DNA of 64,000 nt, taken from positions 256,001 to 320,000 of the forward strand of contig OZ219858.1 of the NCBI GenBank assembly GCA_964291395.2. The letters run 5' to 3'. This stretch comes from Alphaproteobacteria bacterium. Its GTDB lineage: Bacteria; Pseudomonadota; Alphaproteobacteria; UBA2966. The notes under the pieces were generated by a model. The model ran no database searches. It saw nothing but the letters and a program-made list of their open reading frames with translations, and was not told the origin of the DNA. Shown here piece after piece: positions 38,991 through 50,437 of the stretch (the first letter of the stretch is position 1; every line of letters starts with the position of its first letter). Both the position numbers and the translations under genes were made by a program.

Positions 38991-40160
38991 ATGAACATTC
39001 ACGAATATCAGGCGAAGAGCGTTCTCGCGAAGTACGGTGTCGCGGTCCCGAAGGGTTTCGTGGCCACCCACGAGGACGAAATTGCGGACACCGTCGACAA
39101 GATCAAGGGTCCGGTCTGGGTCGTCAAGGCACAGATCCATGCCGGCGGACGAGGAAAGGGCGGCGGCGTCAAGGTGTGTGGGTCCGCCGAGGACGCGGTC
39201 AAGGCCGCCCGCGGCATCCTGGGCATGACCCTGATAACCCCTCAGACGGGGCCCGAGGGCAAGGTAGTTCGGAGAGTTTACGTCGAGGAGGGCTGTGATA
39301 TTGCGCGCGAACTGTACCTCGGCATGCTTATCGACCGAACGACCAGCCAAGTGACGATCATGGCGTCCACCGAAGGCGGTATGGAGATCGAAGAAGTCGC
39401 AGAGGAGAGCCCAGAGAAGATCCTCATGGTGTCGATCGATCCGGCGACCGGCATTCAACCCCACCATGCCCGCCGTATCGCCTTCGGACTTGGACTCGAA
39501 GGCAAGCAGATTGGTTGCGCCGTCAAATTCATGATGGGGCTCTATCGGGCATTCAACGACACGGACGCGAGCCTGATCGAACTCAATCCTCTGGTCATCA
39601 CCACGAATGAAGACGTCATGGCTTTGGACGCCAAGATGAACTTCGACGACAACGCCCTTTATCGCCACGCAGATATCGCAGAAATGCATGATGAGTCGGA
39701 AGAGAATCCAACTGAGCTCGAAGCTCAGAAGCACGAACTGAGCTACATCAAACTCGATGGCAACATCGGCTGCATGGTGAACGGTGCCGGTTTGGCGATG
39801 GCCACCATGGATATCATCAAGCTCTACGGCGGGGAGCCGGCCAACTTCCTCGATGTAGGCGGCGGCGCGACCAAGGAACGCGTAACCGAAGCCTTCAAGA
39901 TCATCCTCTCCGACGGGAACGTCGAAGGCATCCTGGTGAACATCTTTGGCGGCATCATGCGCTGCGACACTATCGCGGAGGGCGTTGTCGCGGCGGCCAA
40001 GGAAGTCAGCCTCGATGTTCCGTTGGTCGTCCGACTAGAAGGGACCAACGTGGATCTGGGCAAGAGGATTCTCGCCGAGTCCGGCCTCCCGATCATATCG
40101 GGTGACGACCTTGCCGATGCTGCGGAAAAAATCGTCACCGAGGTGAAGGAGGCGGCCTAA
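38991..40160 (+). CDS. sucC: Succinyl-CoA synthetase beta subunit
   Basis: [31 protein letters not shown] and NFLDVGGGA. Confidence 0.98.
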   Translation: MNIHEYQAKSVLAKYGVAVPKGFVATHEDEIADTVDKIKGPVWVVKAQIHAGGRGKGGGVKVCGSAEDAVKAARGILGMTLITPQTGPEGKVVRRVYVEEGCDIARELYLGMLIDRTTSQVTIMASTEGGMEIEEVAEESPEKILMVSIDPATGIQPHHARRIAFGLGLEGKQIGCAVKFMMGLYRAFNDTDASLIELNPLVITTNEDVMALDAKMNFDDNALYRHADIAEMHDESEENPTELEAQKHELSYIKLDGNIGCMVNGAGLAMATMDIIKLYGGEPANFLDVGGGATKERVTEAFKIILSDGNVEGILVNIFGGIMRCDTIAEGVVAAAKEVSLDVPLVVRLEGTNVDLGKRILAESGLPIISGDDLADAAEKIVTEVKEAA

Positions 40161-41035
40161 TGTCCGTATTGGTCGACTCCAATACGAAAGTCATCTGCCA
40201 GGGGCTCACCGGCGCCCAGGGTACTTTCCACACCGAACAGGCGATCGCCTACGGCACAAAAATGGTCGGCGGCGTGACGCCCGGAAAGGGTGGCACGACC
40301 CATCTCAACCTTCCCGTGTTCGACACGGTGCAGGATGCGGTCAGCACGACGGGCGCGAACGCTTCCGCGATCTATGTGCCACCCCCATTCGCGGGCGATG
40401 CCATTCTCGAGGCGATCGATACCGGGGTGGAACTCATCGTCTGCATCACGGAAGGCATTCCCGTGATCGACATGGTGCGAGTCAAGCGTGCACTCGACAG
40501 CTCATCTAGCCGCCTGGTGGGTCCCAACTGCCCCGGCGTGATCACGCCGGATGAATGCAAAATCGGTATTATGCCGGGCCACATTCATACGCGCGGCTCG
40601 ACCGGGATCGTGTCACGCTCCGGCACGCTGACGTACGAGGCCGTCGGCCAGACGACGGCTGCGGGGCTGGGACAGTCCACGTGTATCGGAATTGGCGGCG
40701 ACCCGGTGAACGGCACCAATTTCATTGATTGCCTGGATATGTTCCTGGGTGACGACGAGACCGAGTCGATCGTCATGATCGGCGAAATCGGCGGCACGGC
40801 CGAGGAAGATGCCGCGGACTTCATCAAGAACAGCAAGATCAAAAAGCCCGTGGTCGGTTTTATCGCGGGCCGCACGGCCCCTCCGGGCCGGCGGATGGGC
40901 CACGCCGGCGCCATCATTTCCGGTGGTAAGGGTAGTGCCGAGGATAAGATCGAAGCGATGCGCAGCGCTGGTATCGCGGTGGCCGATTCGCCGGCGGCGC
41001 TGGGTTCGACAATGGTGGAAGTGCTCAAGGGCTAG
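40160..41035 (+). CDS. sucD: Succinyl-CoA synthetase alpha subunit
   Basis: [24 protein letters not shown] and phospho-His motif RMGHAGAI. Confidence 0.98.
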   Translation: MSVLVDSNTKVICQGLTGAQGTFHTEQAIAYGTKMVGGVTPGKGGTTHLNLPVFDTVQDAVSTTGANASAIYVPPPFAGDAILEAIDTGVELIVCITEGIPVIDMVRVKRALDSSSSRLVGPNCPGVITPDECKIGIMPGHIHTRGSTGIVSRSGTLTYEAVGQTTAAGLGQSTCIGIGGDPVNGTNFIDCLDMFLGDDETESIVMIGEIGGTAEEDAADFIKNSKIKKPVVGFIAGRTAPPGRRMGHAGAIISGGKGSAEDKIEAMRSAGIAVADSPAALGSTMVEVLKG

Positions 41036-41117
41036 AAGTGGTCGTGATTCGCCCTTCATCGACATGGTCGATCCTCGTACGTTTCGAAATCGAGTCACGT
41101 GAAGCGAGGTTAGGATC

Positions 41118-43958
41118 ATGTCCATCGAACTCGATAAGACCTCCTTCCTGACGGGCGACGCCAGCGGATTTCTGGAACAGCTCTACGCTCGTTTTCTCAG
41201 AGATCCGGCATCGCTGGATCCAGGATGGCTAGAGTTTTTCACCGATCTGGGCGACGAGGCCTCGGAGGTACTGGCGGAGGCTCGAGGCGCGCCTTGGAAA
41301 CGTCATGACCTGTTCGAGGATCGCGTAGAGGACGGTGAGCGCGACGGTAAGGAAGCGGCAGTGCCGGAGAGCCGGCGGTCGACCCTCGACTCGGTCCGGG
41401 CCCTGATGTTAATTCGCGCCCATCGCGTCCGCGGGCATCTCCTGGCGAATCTCGACCCCCTCGACCTCGAACCCAGGGAATACCACCCCGAACTCGATCC
41501 AAGTTCTTATGGCTTTTCCGACAACGATTTGGACCGGTCGATTTTCATCGACAACGTGCTGGGGCTTGAGTCCGCGACACTTCGCGAAATCGTCGATGTG
41601 CTGCGGCAGACCTACAGCGGCACCATCGGCTACGAGTTCATGCACATCACCCGGGTCGAGGACAAGCAGTGGATCCAACGCCGCATCGAAGGCGAGGAAT
41701 ATCACGAGAAGATCAGCTCTTCGCGGAAACGCAAGATCATGCGACAGCTCTCGCATGCCGAGGGGTTCGAGCACTTTCTCCACCTCAAGTACCCGGGCAC
41801 CAAACGCTTCGGCCTCGATGGCGCGGAGTCGGCGATCCCGCTGCTGGAAGCGTCCATCAAGCGGGCTGCCCAAATGGGCGTACAGGAGGTGGTCATCGGC
41901 ATGCCCCACCGAGGCCGCCTCAACGTGCTTGCCAACATCATGGAGAAGCCCTACGCCCAGATCTTCGGTGAATTTCAGGGATTCGAGGCGCGTCCCGACG
42001 ACTGGCAGGGGTCTGGTGACGTCAAGTACCACCTTGGCACGTCGGCTGAGCGCATCATGGACGACATGCCAATCTACGTATCCCTCAGCCCCAATCCATC
42101 TCACTTGGAGGCGGTGGACCCGGTGGTCATGGGCCGCATTCGCGGTAAGCAATTCTTCCGCGGCGATGAAGACCGCAAGGAGGTGATGGGCATTCTTCTG
42201 CACGGCGACGCCGCCTTCGCGGGTCAGGGTATCGTACCGGAGACGTTCGGGCTGTCGGACCTACGGGGCTACAAGACAGGCGGAACCGTTCACGTCATCG
42301 TCAACAACCAGATCGGTTTCACGACGAGCCCGTCGTTTTCCCGGTCTTCGCCCTATCCCTCCGATTTCGCAAAAGGCGTCGAAGCGCCGATCTTTCACGT
42401 AAACGGCGACGATCCGGAGGCAGTGGTGACCGTTGCCCGCATCGCAACGGAGTATCGCCAGAACTTCGGCCGGGACGTCGTCATCGACATGTTCTGTTAC
42501 CGCCGTCTGGGTCACAACGAGGGTGACGAGCCCAAGTTCACGCAACCCCTCATGTACGGCAAGATCGCCGAACACCCGACGACGCGGGAGATTTACGCGC
42601 GCAAGCTCGTCGACGAGGGGGAAATCACCCGGCAGGAAGTCGATGACCTCGTCAACGAATTCCGCGACCATCTCGACCAGCAATTCGAGGCCGCGGCGAG
42701 CTACAAGCCCAATCGCGCGATGTGGTTCGAAGGGCGGTGGAAGGGCATCGGCCAGGCCCATGGCGAAGTCCGACGCGGAAAGACGGCGGTAAGCCAGAGG
42801 AAGCTGCGCGAGGTCGGCAAGGCGCTGACCACGGTGCCCGACGGTATCGTGCTGCACCCGACCATCCGGCGGCAGCTTGACGCCAAGAAGGAGTTGTTCA
42901 AATCGGGCAAGGGCATCGACTGGGCCACCGCGGAAGCGCTGGCGTTCGGAACCCTGCTCCAAGAGGGTCATCACGTCCGGCTTTCGGGACAGGACTGCGG
43001 CCGCGGAACGTTCTCCCAGCGCCACGCCGTTCTCGTCGATCAAAACACTGAAGAGCGTTACGTCCCCCTCAACAACATTCGTGAAGATCAGGGTCAGTTC
43101 GAGGTTATCGACAGCATGCTGTCGGAGATGGCGATACTCGGATTCGAATACGGCTTTTCACTCACGGACCCGAATGTCCTGGTTCTCTGGGAGGCACAAT
43201 TCGGTGACTTTGCCAACGGCGCGCAGGTCATCGTCGATCAATTCCTGGCGCCGGGCGAGATGAAGTGGATGCGCATGAGCGGGCTCGTCATGCTTCTCCC
43301 GCATGGTCAGGAAGGACAGGGGCCGGAGCATAGCTCGGGCCGGTTGGAGCGTTATCTTCAGCTCTGCGCCGAAGACAATCTTCAGGTCGTGCAGCCAAGC
43401 GCACCGTTCAATTATTTTCATGCGCTGCGCCGGCAGATCCACCGCGATTTCCGCAAGCCTTTGATCTGTATGACGCCCAAATCACTGTTGCGCCACAGGC
43501 TATGCGTGTCCGACTTGTACGAATTTGCCCATGGTGATTCGTTCCATCGGCTGCTCTGGGATCGTGGCGATGTCGACGCCGACGAGAAGATCAAGCGCGT
43601 CGTGATGTGTTCCGGCAAGATCTACTACGATCTCTTTGAGGAACGGGAGAAGCGTGAAATCCGCAATATCTATCTGTTGCGCGTCGAGCAGCTCTATCCC
43701 TTCCCGGAGCAGGCCACACGCAAGGAACTGTCACGCTTCCCGAAGGCCGACGTGGTCTGGTGCCAGGAAGAACCCAAGAACATGGGCGCCTGGACGTTCA
43801 TCAATCCATGGATCGAGGAAGCCTTGATCGATATCGGTCACAAGTCGAAGCGTCCACGGTATGTCGGCCGGGGCGAAATGGCCGCACCGGCACCCGGCAC
43901 GATGAAGCTGCACGTCGAGCAACAGGCCGCCCTCGTGGACGAGGCCTTGACGTTTTAG
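41118..43958 (+). CDS. sucA: 2-oxoglutarate dehydrogenase E1
   Basis: KRFGLDG, GMPHRGRLN, GDVKYHLG, HGDAAFAGQG, WEAQFGDF and GPEHSS. Confidence 0.98.
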   Translation: MSIELDKTSFLTGDASGFLEQLYARFLRDPASLDPGWLEFFTDLGDEASEVLAEARGAPWKRHDLFEDRVEDGERDGKEAAVPESRRSTLDSVRALMLIRAHRVRGHLLANLDPLDLEPREYHPELDPSSYGFSDNDLDRSIFIDNVLGLESATLREIVDVLRQTYSGTIGYEFMHITRVEDKQWIQRRIEGEEYHEKISSSRKRKIMRQLSHAEGFEHFLHLKYPGTKRFGLDGAESAIPLLEASIKRAAQMGVQEVVIGMPHRGRLNVLANIMEKPYAQIFGEFQGFEARPDDWQGSGDVKYHLGTSAERIMDDMPIYVSLSPNPSHLEAVDPVVMGRIRGKQFFRGDEDRKEVMGILLHGDAAFAGQGIVPETFGLSDLRGYKTGGTVHVIVNNQIGFTTSPSFSRSSPYPSDFAKGVEAPIFHVNGDDPEAVVTVARIATEYRQNFGRDVVIDMFCYRRLGHNEGDEPKFTQPLMYGKIAEHPTTREIYARKLVDEGEITRQEVDDLVNEFRDHLDQQFEAAASYKPNRAMWFEGRWKGIGQAHGEVRRGKTAVSQRKLREVGKALTTVPDGIVLHPTIRRQLDAKKELFKSGKGIDWATAEALAFGTLLQEGHHVRLSGQDCGRGTFSQRHAVLVDQNTEERYVPLNNIREDQGQFEVIDSMLSEMAILGFEYGFSLTDPNVLVLWEAQFGDFANGAQVIVDQFLAPGEMKWMRMSGLVMLLPHGQEGQGPEHSSGRLERYLQLCAEDNLQVVQPSAPFNYFHALRRQIHRDFRKPLICMTPKSLLRHRLCVSDLYEFAHGDSFHRLLWDRGDVDADEKIKRVVMCSGKIYYDLFEEREKREIRNIYLLRVEQLYPFPEQATRKELSRFPKADVVWCQEEPKNMGAWTFINPWIEEALIDIGHKSKRPRYVGRGEMAAPAPGTMKLHVEQQAALVDEALTF

Positions 43959-43981
43959 GCATCCCCTAACGGGAGTGGAAG

Positions 43982-45184
43982 ATGGCGACTGAGATCAGAG
44001 TTCCCGCCCTTGGTGAGTCAGTGACCGAGGCGACGGTTGCACGTTGGTTCAAGGGAATCGGAGAGTCTGTCGCGCGCGATGAAATCATCTGCGAACTCGA
44101 GACCGATAAGGTCGCGCTCGAAGTGCCGGCACCGGCGACCGGCACGATCGAAGCCATCGACGCGGGCGAGGGTGATACGGTGGAGGCTGGTGCCGTGTTG
44201 GGCCGAATCGCCGAAGGCGCCGGCGCACCAGCGAAACCATCTGCCCCGGCAACTCCAGCGACCGCACCCGTTCCGGCGTCGACCAGTGCGGACGCTCCGT
44301 TGTCACCTGCCGTAAGACGCCTGATCGACGAACACGGTCTGGATCCAACAGCCATGAACGGTACGGGCAAGGATGGCCGCATCTTGAAGGGCGACGTGCT
44401 GGCCTTTATCGAGAATAGTTCGGCGACCGCTCCGCCCACACCGGGGGCCGCCGTAGCTACGCTGGCGGAGACCCCCGGTGTGGGCGAGCGCGAGCGTCGC
44501 GTCCCTATGACCCGACTGCGCCGGCGCATTGCCGAGCGTCTCAAGGACGCTCAAAACACGGCGGCCATCCTGACCACGTTCAACGAAGCAGACATGGGAG
44601 CCATCATGGCGCTTCGCGCAGAGCATCGGGATGACTTCGAAAGAAAGCACGGGGTGCGCCTCGGGTTTATGTCGTTCTTCGTGAAGGCCTGCATCGTTGC
44701 ACTCAAGGAGATTCCCGAGGTCAATGCGGAGATCGAGAGCGACGACCTCGTGTACAAGAACTACTACGACATCGGGGTGGCAGTGGGGACGCCGCAAGGC
44801 CTCGTCGTGCCGGTCGTGCGCGACGCCGATCGCTTGGGATTCGCCGAAGTCGAGCGAACAATCGACGATCTGGGCCGTCGGGCACGCGACGGCAAGCTCA
44901 GGCTCGATGAGATGACGGGCGGCACCTTCACCATCACCAACGGAGGCGTTTACGGATCGCTGCTCTCGACTCCGATTTTGAATCCCCCGCAGTCGGGCAT
45001 TCTGGGTATGCACAAGATTCAGGAGCGGGCGATGGTCGTGGGCGGTACTGTCGAGGCACGGCCCATGATGTATCTGGCGCTGAGTTACGATCACCGCATC
45101 ATCGACGGACGCGAAGCCGTCACGTTCCTCGTACGCGTGAAGGAATGTCTTGAGAATCCACAGCGTATGCTGCTCGATCTCTGA
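43982..45184 (+). CDS. sucB: 2-oxoglutarate dehydrogenase E2 dihydrolipoamide succinyltransferase
   Basis: Lipoyl domain ETDKV, E3-binding GTGKDGRI and catalytic SYDHRIIDG. Confidence 0.98.
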   Translation: MATEIRVPALGESVTEATVARWFKGIGESVARDEIICELETDKVALEVPAPATGTIEAIDAGEGDTVEAGAVLGRIAEGAGAPAKPSAPATPATAPVPASTSADAPLSPAVRRLIDEHGLDPTAMNGTGKDGRILKGDVLAFIENSSATAPPTPGAAVATLAETPGVGERERRVPMTRLRRRIAERLKDAQNTAAILTTFNEADMGAIMALRAEHRDDFERKHGVRLGFMSFFVKACIVALKEIPEVNAEIESDDLVYKNYYDIGVAVGTPQGLVVPVVRDADRLGFAEVERTIDDLGRRARDGKLRLDEMTGGTFTITNGGVYGSLLSTPILNPPQSGILGMHKIQERAMVVGGTVEARPMMYLALSYDHRIIDGREAVTFLVRVKECLENPQRMLLDL

Positions 45185-45232
45185 CGGGCGTCCAAGTCGT
45201 CGGATGCGCGGCGGCAAATTCGAGGAAACGGC

Positions 45233-46642
45233 ATGAGCGACGACAGTTTCGATCTCGTGATCATCGGCGGCGGCCCGGGCGGGTACGTGGCGGCGATTCG
45301 CGCGGCCCAACTCGGGATGAAGACGGCCTGTGTCGAGGCCCGAAAGACCTTGGGGGGGACCTGTCTGAATGTGGGTTGCATACCCTCGAAGGCACTCCTG
45401 TACTCATCGGAGCTGTTCGCCGAAGCACAGCACACTCTCTCCGATCACGGCGTCAAGACGGGCGGCGTCGAGCTCGACCTGAAGACCATGATGGCCCGAA
45501 AGAACAACGTCGTGGAGGACCTGACGAAGGGCATCGAGTTTCTGTTCAAGAAGAACAAGGTCGATTCCGTTCAGGGCTTCGGCAAGATCACCGCACCCGG
45601 GAAAGTGGAGGTCAAATCCGCCGAGGGCGCCAAGAAGACATTGAACGGCACCAAGATCCTCATCGCTACGGGATCCGAAGTGGCACCGCTTTCCGGCGTC
45701 GAGATCGATGAGAAGCAGATTGTGTCGTCCACCGGCGCACTGTCGCTCAGCGCCGTGCCAGAGCGCATGGTGGTCGTCGGCGCCGGCTACATCGGTCTCG
45801 AGCTGGGATCTGTTTGGCGGCGCCTCGGCGCCGAAGTCACGGTCGTGGAGTACCTCGACCGGATCACACCGGGTATGGACGGTGAGCTTTCAAAGAATCT
45901 GCAACGGCTTCTCACCAGGCAAGGGCTTTCCTTCAGGCTCAGTACCAAGGTCGCCGCGGCCAAGAAGATGCGCGGCGGTGTGGATCTAAGTATCGAGCCG
46001 GCGACCGGCGGGAAGAGCGAGAAGCTCAATGCCGACGTCGTGCTGGTTTCGGTCGGACGACGGCCGAACACCGAGGGGCTTGGGCTCGAAGACGTTGGAG
46101 TCGAGCGCGACAACCATGGATTTGTCACGGTGGACGCGCACTTCAGAACGAGCGTCGATGGGATCTACGCCATCGGCGATGCAATACCTGGTCCCATGCT
46201 GGCCCACAAGGCCGAAGAGGATGGCGTGGCCTGCGTCGAGACGATGGCGGGGAGTACCGGTCACGTCGACTACGACCTCATTCCGGGAGTCATTTACACG
46301 TGGCCCGAAGCCGCGTCCGTGGGTAAGTCTGAAGAAGCGCTGAAGGAGGAAGGAGCCGAATACACCGTCGGCAGGTTCCCCTTCATGGCCAACAGCCGCA
46401 GCCGGACGACCGGTGACACCGACGGCATGGTCAAGATCTTGGCTGACAAGAAGACTGACCGCGTGCTCGGCGTTCACATCATCGGCGCCGAGGCAGGCAC
46501 GTTGATCCACGAGGCGGTGACCGCCATGGTATACGGCGCTTCGTCCGAGGACATCGCCCGCACCTGTCACGCCCATCCGACGCTCGCAGAGGCGATCAAG
46601 GAAGCGGCACTCGATGCACAGGAACGCGCGATCCACATCTAG
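45233..46642 (+). CDS. lpdA: Dihydrolipoyl dehydrogenase
   Basis: GGGPGG, GGTCLNVGCIPSK and HPTLAE. Confidence 0.98.
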   Translation: MSDDSFDLVIIGGGPGGYVAAIRAAQLGMKTACVEARKTLGGTCLNVGCIPSKALLYSSELFAEAQHTLSDHGVKTGGVELDLKTMMARKNNVVEDLTKGIEFLFKKNKVDSVQGFGKITAPGKVEVKSAEGAKKTLNGTKILIATGSEVAPLSGVEIDEKQIVSSTGALSLSAVPERMVVVGAGYIGLELGSVWRRLGAEVTVVEYLDRITPGMDGELSKNLQRLLTRQGLSFRLSTKVAAAKKMRGGVDLSIEPATGGKSEKLNADVVLVSVGRRPNTEGLGLEDVGVERDNHGFVTVDAHFRTSVDGIYAIGDAIPGPMLAHKAEEDGVACVETMAGSTGHVDYDLIPGVIYTWPEAASVGKSEEALKEEGAEYTVGRFPFMANSRSRTTGDTDGMVKILADKKTDRVLGVHIIGAEAGTLIHEAVTAMVYGASSEDIARTCHAHPTLAEAIKEAALDAQERAIHI

Positions 46643-46648
46643 CAGCGA

Positions 46649-46689
46649 TCGTTTGGGGTGGGGTCGGACCTGATGTCCGACCCAAACGA
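46649..46689. terminator. Hairpin after lpdA (GGGTCGGAC-N5-GTCCGACCC, extendable by TCGTTT/AAACGA)
   Basis: A 9-bp perfect stem lies just after the lpdA stop. It has no good U-tract on the plus strand, so it may be a repeat rather than a terminator. Confidence 0.45.
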
Positions 46690-46784
46690 ATCGAATTCCT
46701 CCTTGGTTTCTTCTCTGCAAGGCGTACTTGCATTCGAGGACAAAGAGTTCCGGCTCTTCACCAGCGCGATAAATCGGTGAAGTC

Positions 46785-48002
46785 ATGCGCCATCTGAGCG
46801 GCCCGTCCCTGATCGTCGCCATGTGCCTTGCCGAGATCATCGGCATGGCGAGTTTCGCCATGTTTCCTGCCTTGATGCCGGGCTTCATTTCAGAATGGGC
46901 ACTCACGAACACCGAAGCTGGCTGGATCAACGGGATGTATCTCGCCGGATACACGGTGGCGGTGCCGGTCCTAGTCAGCATGACGGACCGTGTGGACCCG
47001 CGCCGGGTTTACCTTGTCTCCGCGACCGTGACGGCCGTGTCAGCGTTTGGCTTCGCCTTTCTGGCGAATGGATTCTGGTCGGCTCTGATTCTGCGAACGT
47101 TGGCCGGCATCGGGCTGGCCGGCACCTACATGCCCGGACTCAAGGCGCTGAGCGACCAACTCGAAGGGACCGCTCAGAGCCGCGCCGTCGCCGTTTACAC
47201 GGCTAGTTTCGGCATAGGTGCCAGCTTCTCGTTTGCCATTTCGGGAGAGATAGCTCATTGGCTCGACTGGCAAGGTGCTTTCGCCGTCGGCGGGATCTGC
47301 GCAGGCTTGGCGCTTCTCATCATTGCGGCGGTTCTCGCTCCGGTGCCGGTAAAACACATGGAGCCGCAAAGTCACCTGTTGGATTTCCGACCGGTGCTCC
47401 GCAACCGGCCCGCGATGGGCTATGTGCTGGCGTACACCGCCCACAACTGGGAACTCTTCGGTCTACGTTCGTGGGTCGTCGCGTTCCTGGTCTACGCTCA
47501 GTCACTCCAATCGGATGATGCGTCCTGGTGGAGTCCGCCTCTGATCGCCGCGGCTATCAATCTCATTGGTTGGCCCGCCAGCGTGTTGGGCAACGAACTC
47601 GCCGTTCGCTTCGGTCGTCAGCGGTTAGTGATCCTGGTAATGACGGCATCGGCCATCTATGCCTGCGGCTTCGGATTCACGGCTTCCCTTCCCTTCGTCG
47701 TGATCGTCGCTCTCTCGCTCCTCTACGGCATCACGATCACCGGCGATTCCGCCTCGATTACTGCGGGTGTTGTCGCAACCGCCCATCCGGATCATCGCGG
47801 CGCGACCATGGCCGTCCACTCGTGCATCGGATTTGCCGGGGCAAGTGCCGGCCCCATCGTGTTCGGGGTCGTCCTCGACGCAACGGGAGGCGCATCGAGT
47901 TCTCTTGCCTGGGGACTGGCGTTCGCGACGATGGGTCTTGGCGCCGCGATGGGACCGGTGGCCGTCGCGCTCCTGTCGCGCGAGAGGGGCCGGCGCGCGT
48001 AG
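46785..48002 (+). CDS. MFS transporter
   Basis: 405 aa with about 12 hydrophobic segments and motif-A-like loops (SMTDRVDPRR and LAVRFGRQR). Confidence 0.9.
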   Translation: MRHLSGPSLIVAMCLAEIIGMASFAMFPALMPGFISEWALTNTEAGWINGMYLAGYTVAVPVLVSMTDRVDPRRVYLVSATVTAVSAFGFAFLANGFWSALILRTLAGIGLAGTYMPGLKALSDQLEGTAQSRAVAVYTASFGIGASFSFAISGEIAHWLDWQGAFAVGGICAGLALLIIAAVLAPVPVKHMEPQSHLLDFRPVLRNRPAMGYVLAYTAHNWELFGLRSWVVAFLVYAQSLQSDDASWWSPPLIAAAINLIGWPASVLGNELAVRFGRQRLVILVMTASAIYACGFGFTASLPFVVIVALSLLYGITITGDSASITAGVVATAHPDHRGATMAVHSCIGFAGASAGPIVFGVVLDATGGASSSLAWGLAFATMGLGAAMGPVAVALLSRERGRRA

Positions 48003-48017
48003 CGGCCCACTTTCCGA

Positions 48018-48980
48018 TCAAGCCTGCCGGAGTCTGGCGCTGGGGTGGGCCCGGTCATATACCTTGAGGAGACGGTCCGCATCGACCTCCGTATACCGCT
48101 GCGTGGTGGAGAGAGATGCGTGACCGAGCAGTTCCTGGATCGTACGGAGGTCGCCGCCATCGGACAGCAGATGGGTTGCGAAGCTGTGACGCAATGCATG
48201 CGGGGTAGCGGTTTCGGGCAGGCCTAGCAGGCCGCGCAGGCGACGGACCTGCCGTTGGATAATGCCGGGATCGAGTCGGCGTCCGCGTTTTCCGACGAAC
48301 AGAGGATCGTCGTCACCCAACTCGAACGGGCAGGAGTCGATATAATCGTCGATCGCGTCACGCACGACTCTCAGCACGGGGACCATACGTTCCTTGCCGC
48401 CTTTTCCCGTGATGACAAGCATGTCACCGCTTGGCCTGTCACGCTGGTTGAGGGAAAGGGCTTCCGAGATGCGTAACCCGCAGCCATACAGCAGGATCAG
48501 AACAGCGGCATCGCGTTTTCCCAGCCAGGACTCTTCCTGCAACTGCGCGACGTCGTGCACGGAGTCCGTCGCTTGCGCAACGGAGAGCGGTTTCGGGACG
48601 CCATGAGGCCGCTTTGGGGTCCGAACGGCACCGACCGCCGGGTTGTGGACCCGGTCGGTACGCTCAAGGAACTTGAAGAGACTGCGGATGGCGGACATCG
48701 CGCGGGCGAGCGACGCATTGGACAGACCTTCGCTTCGCCGCTTCGCCAGATAGCTGCGAAAGTCCGCCGGCTTCAGGTTCGCGAGATCGCTCAGGCCAGC
48801 CGGCCCTCCCAGATGCTCCGCGAGAAAGCGCATAAACGCCCGAACGTCACGACCATAGGACTCGGTCGTGCGTTGCGCCGTCCGACGTTCCGACTTGAGC
48901 CACTGGTGCCAATCCCGCACGGCATCGCGAAGATCCGTGCCAGCAGGGACCTCGCTCAGGATGTAGGCAGATCGAGCCAT
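48018..48980 (-). CDS. xerC: Tyrosine recombinase XerC
   Basis: LYGCGLRISE, GKGGKER, PHALRHSFATHLL and LGHASLSTTQRY, adjacent to DUF484. Confidence 0.93.
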   Translation of the reverse strand: MARSAYILSEVPAGTDLRDAVRDWHQWLKSERRTAQRTTESYGRDVRAFMRFLAEHLGGPAGLSDLANLKPADFRSYLAKRRSEGLSNASLARAMSAIRSLFKFLERTDRVHNPAVGAVRTPKRPHGVPKPLSVAQATDSVHDVAQLQEESWLGKRDAAVLILLYGCGLRISEALSLNQRDRPSGDMLVITGKGGKERMVPVLRVVRDAIDDYIDSCPFELGDDDPLFVGKRGRRLDPGIIQRQVRRLRGLLGLPETATPHALRHSFATHLLSDGGDLRTIQELLGHASLSTTQRYTEVDADRLLKVYDRAHPSARLRQA

Positions 48981-49675
48981 CCTCTGAGGCACTGTGCGAC
49001 GACACGACCCAGAAAGCACAGGAGTTCCGTTCCGTGGCCCGGATGGAAGCGCCCACGCTCGCGAGACCCCAGAGCGAGAACGGCCAACGGAGCCATGTTG
49101 TTGAGCCGTAGGCGTATCAGGGCCGACGATTTCACCAGGGTCGCGGCACTACCAAAAAGGTTGAGTACCGCGCCTTCGTCTTCGTGAAGGACGATATCGC
49201 GGTCTTCACCTAGGATCTCGTCGATGCATCCCTGGTGAACTACGAAAACCCCGTCCGTTCCCGCGACCTTGGCTGGGGCCGAGTCCGACTCCACGCAAAG
49301 CGTGACGACGTCGACGTCGAGCAGATTCGTAAGGTCCGTGGTGACGACTTCGATCAGATGCTCGAAAGTCCGCGCCTCCAACAGCGCCAGCACCGCGAAA
49401 TGGACCCGGGCCTGGCTCATCATGTTGCTACGCGAGGCGGCGATCAGGTCCTGTTGTTCTGATCGCAACGCGGCAACCTGTTTCTGTAACCGATCGATCA
49501 TGTAGTGCTGCATATCGAGCACACCTTCACCCCGTCGGTGGGTTGGGGGCGTCAGCTCGGTGAGCAGATCGGGATGTGCCGTCAGGAAATCCGGGTTGTC
49601 CGACAGGTACTGCAAGACCTCGTCGGATCGCAGTACGAATTCGCGTGAAGTTGCCTGGTCAGGCCTCGAACTCAT
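48956..49675 (-). CDS. DUF484 (YigA-like) protein
   Basis: YLSDNPDFL..HP N-terminus and LALGS...F.PG.GTELL C-terminus, upstream of xerC. Confidence 0.88.
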   Translation of the reverse strand: MSSRPDQATSREFVLRSDEVLQYLSDNPDFLTAHPDLLTELTPPTHRRGEGVLDMQHYMIDRLQKQVAALRSEQQDLIAASRSNMMSQARVHFAVLALLEARTFEHLIEVVTTDLTNLLDVDVVTLCVESDSAPAKVAGTDGVFVVHQGCIDEILGEDRDIVLHEDEGAVLNLFGSAATLVKSSALIRLRLNNMAPLAVLALGSRERGRFHPGHGTELLCFLGRVVAQCLRGWLDLPTS

Positions 49676-49685
49676 ACCGAGACGC

Positions 49686-50348
49686 TCACGCGCTGCAGAT
49701 ATTCTGGCCAGTCTTCTGCCAGTCAGCCAGGAATGCCGCGAGGCCCTTGTCCGTCAGGGGATGGGCAACGAGCTTTTTGATGACAGCGGGTGGGCACGTG
49801 CAGACATCGGCCCCGATACGTGCGGCCTCCGCCACGTGTCCCGGATGGCGAACGGAAGCGACCAGGATCTCGGTGGTCAGGTTCGAATAGCGGTCGTAGA
49901 TAGTGCGGATGTCGTCGATCAGTTGCATGCCTTCGTGACCGATATCATCGAGCCTGCCGACGAAGGGCGAGATGAACATGGCGCCTGCCTTGGCAGCCAA
50001 TAGCGCCTGAACCGGAGCGAAGCAGAGCGTCACGTTGACCCCGATACCCTCGCCCGACAGCGTCTTGCAGGCCTTGAGGCCATCCCACGTCAGCGGCACC
50101 TTGACCACGATGTTGTCGGCAACCTTGGCGAGCTTACGTCCCTCGGTCAGCATGGCCTCGAACCCGGTCGCCGTCACTTCGGCACTAACGGGCCCTTCCA
50201 CGACCGAGCAGATCTCCCGCAGCACATCAAAAAAATCCCTCCCGGTTTGAGAGACGAGGGAGGGGTTGGTGGTCACGCCGTCAAGCAATCCGGTCGCTGC
50301 GAGGTCGCGGATTTCATCGGTATCCGCAGTGTCCACGAAAAACTTCAT
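49686..50348 (-). CDS. tal: Transaldolase (short FSA-like class)
   Basis: [17 protein letters not shown], Schiff-base VVKVP, NVTLCF and SPFVGRLDD. Confidence 0.93.
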   Translation of the reverse strand: MKFFVDTADTDEIRDLAATGLLDGVTTNPSLVSQTGRDFFDVLREICSVVEGPVSAEVTATGFEAMLTEGRKLAKVADNIVVKVPLTWDGLKACKTLSGEGIGVNVTLCFAPVQALLAAKAGAMFISPFVGRLDDIGHEGMQLIDDIRTIYDRYSNLTTEILVASVRHPGHVAEAARIGADVCTCPPAVIKKLVAHPLTDKGLAAFLADWQKTGQNICSA

Positions 50349-50437
50349 ACGCCTCGTTCCGTTAATGCCATCGCCGTGAAACCACTCCCGGCTCGGAGTG
50401 CTTGTGAGACCCCGACCTCGGGGGCACAGTGTAGACC

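Noticed and set aside
48018-48980. Tyrosine recombinase as a possible integrase of a mobile element
   Set aside because: Size, motifs and the DUF484/priA/lpdA context indicate housekeeping XerC; there are no att repeats or cargo genes.
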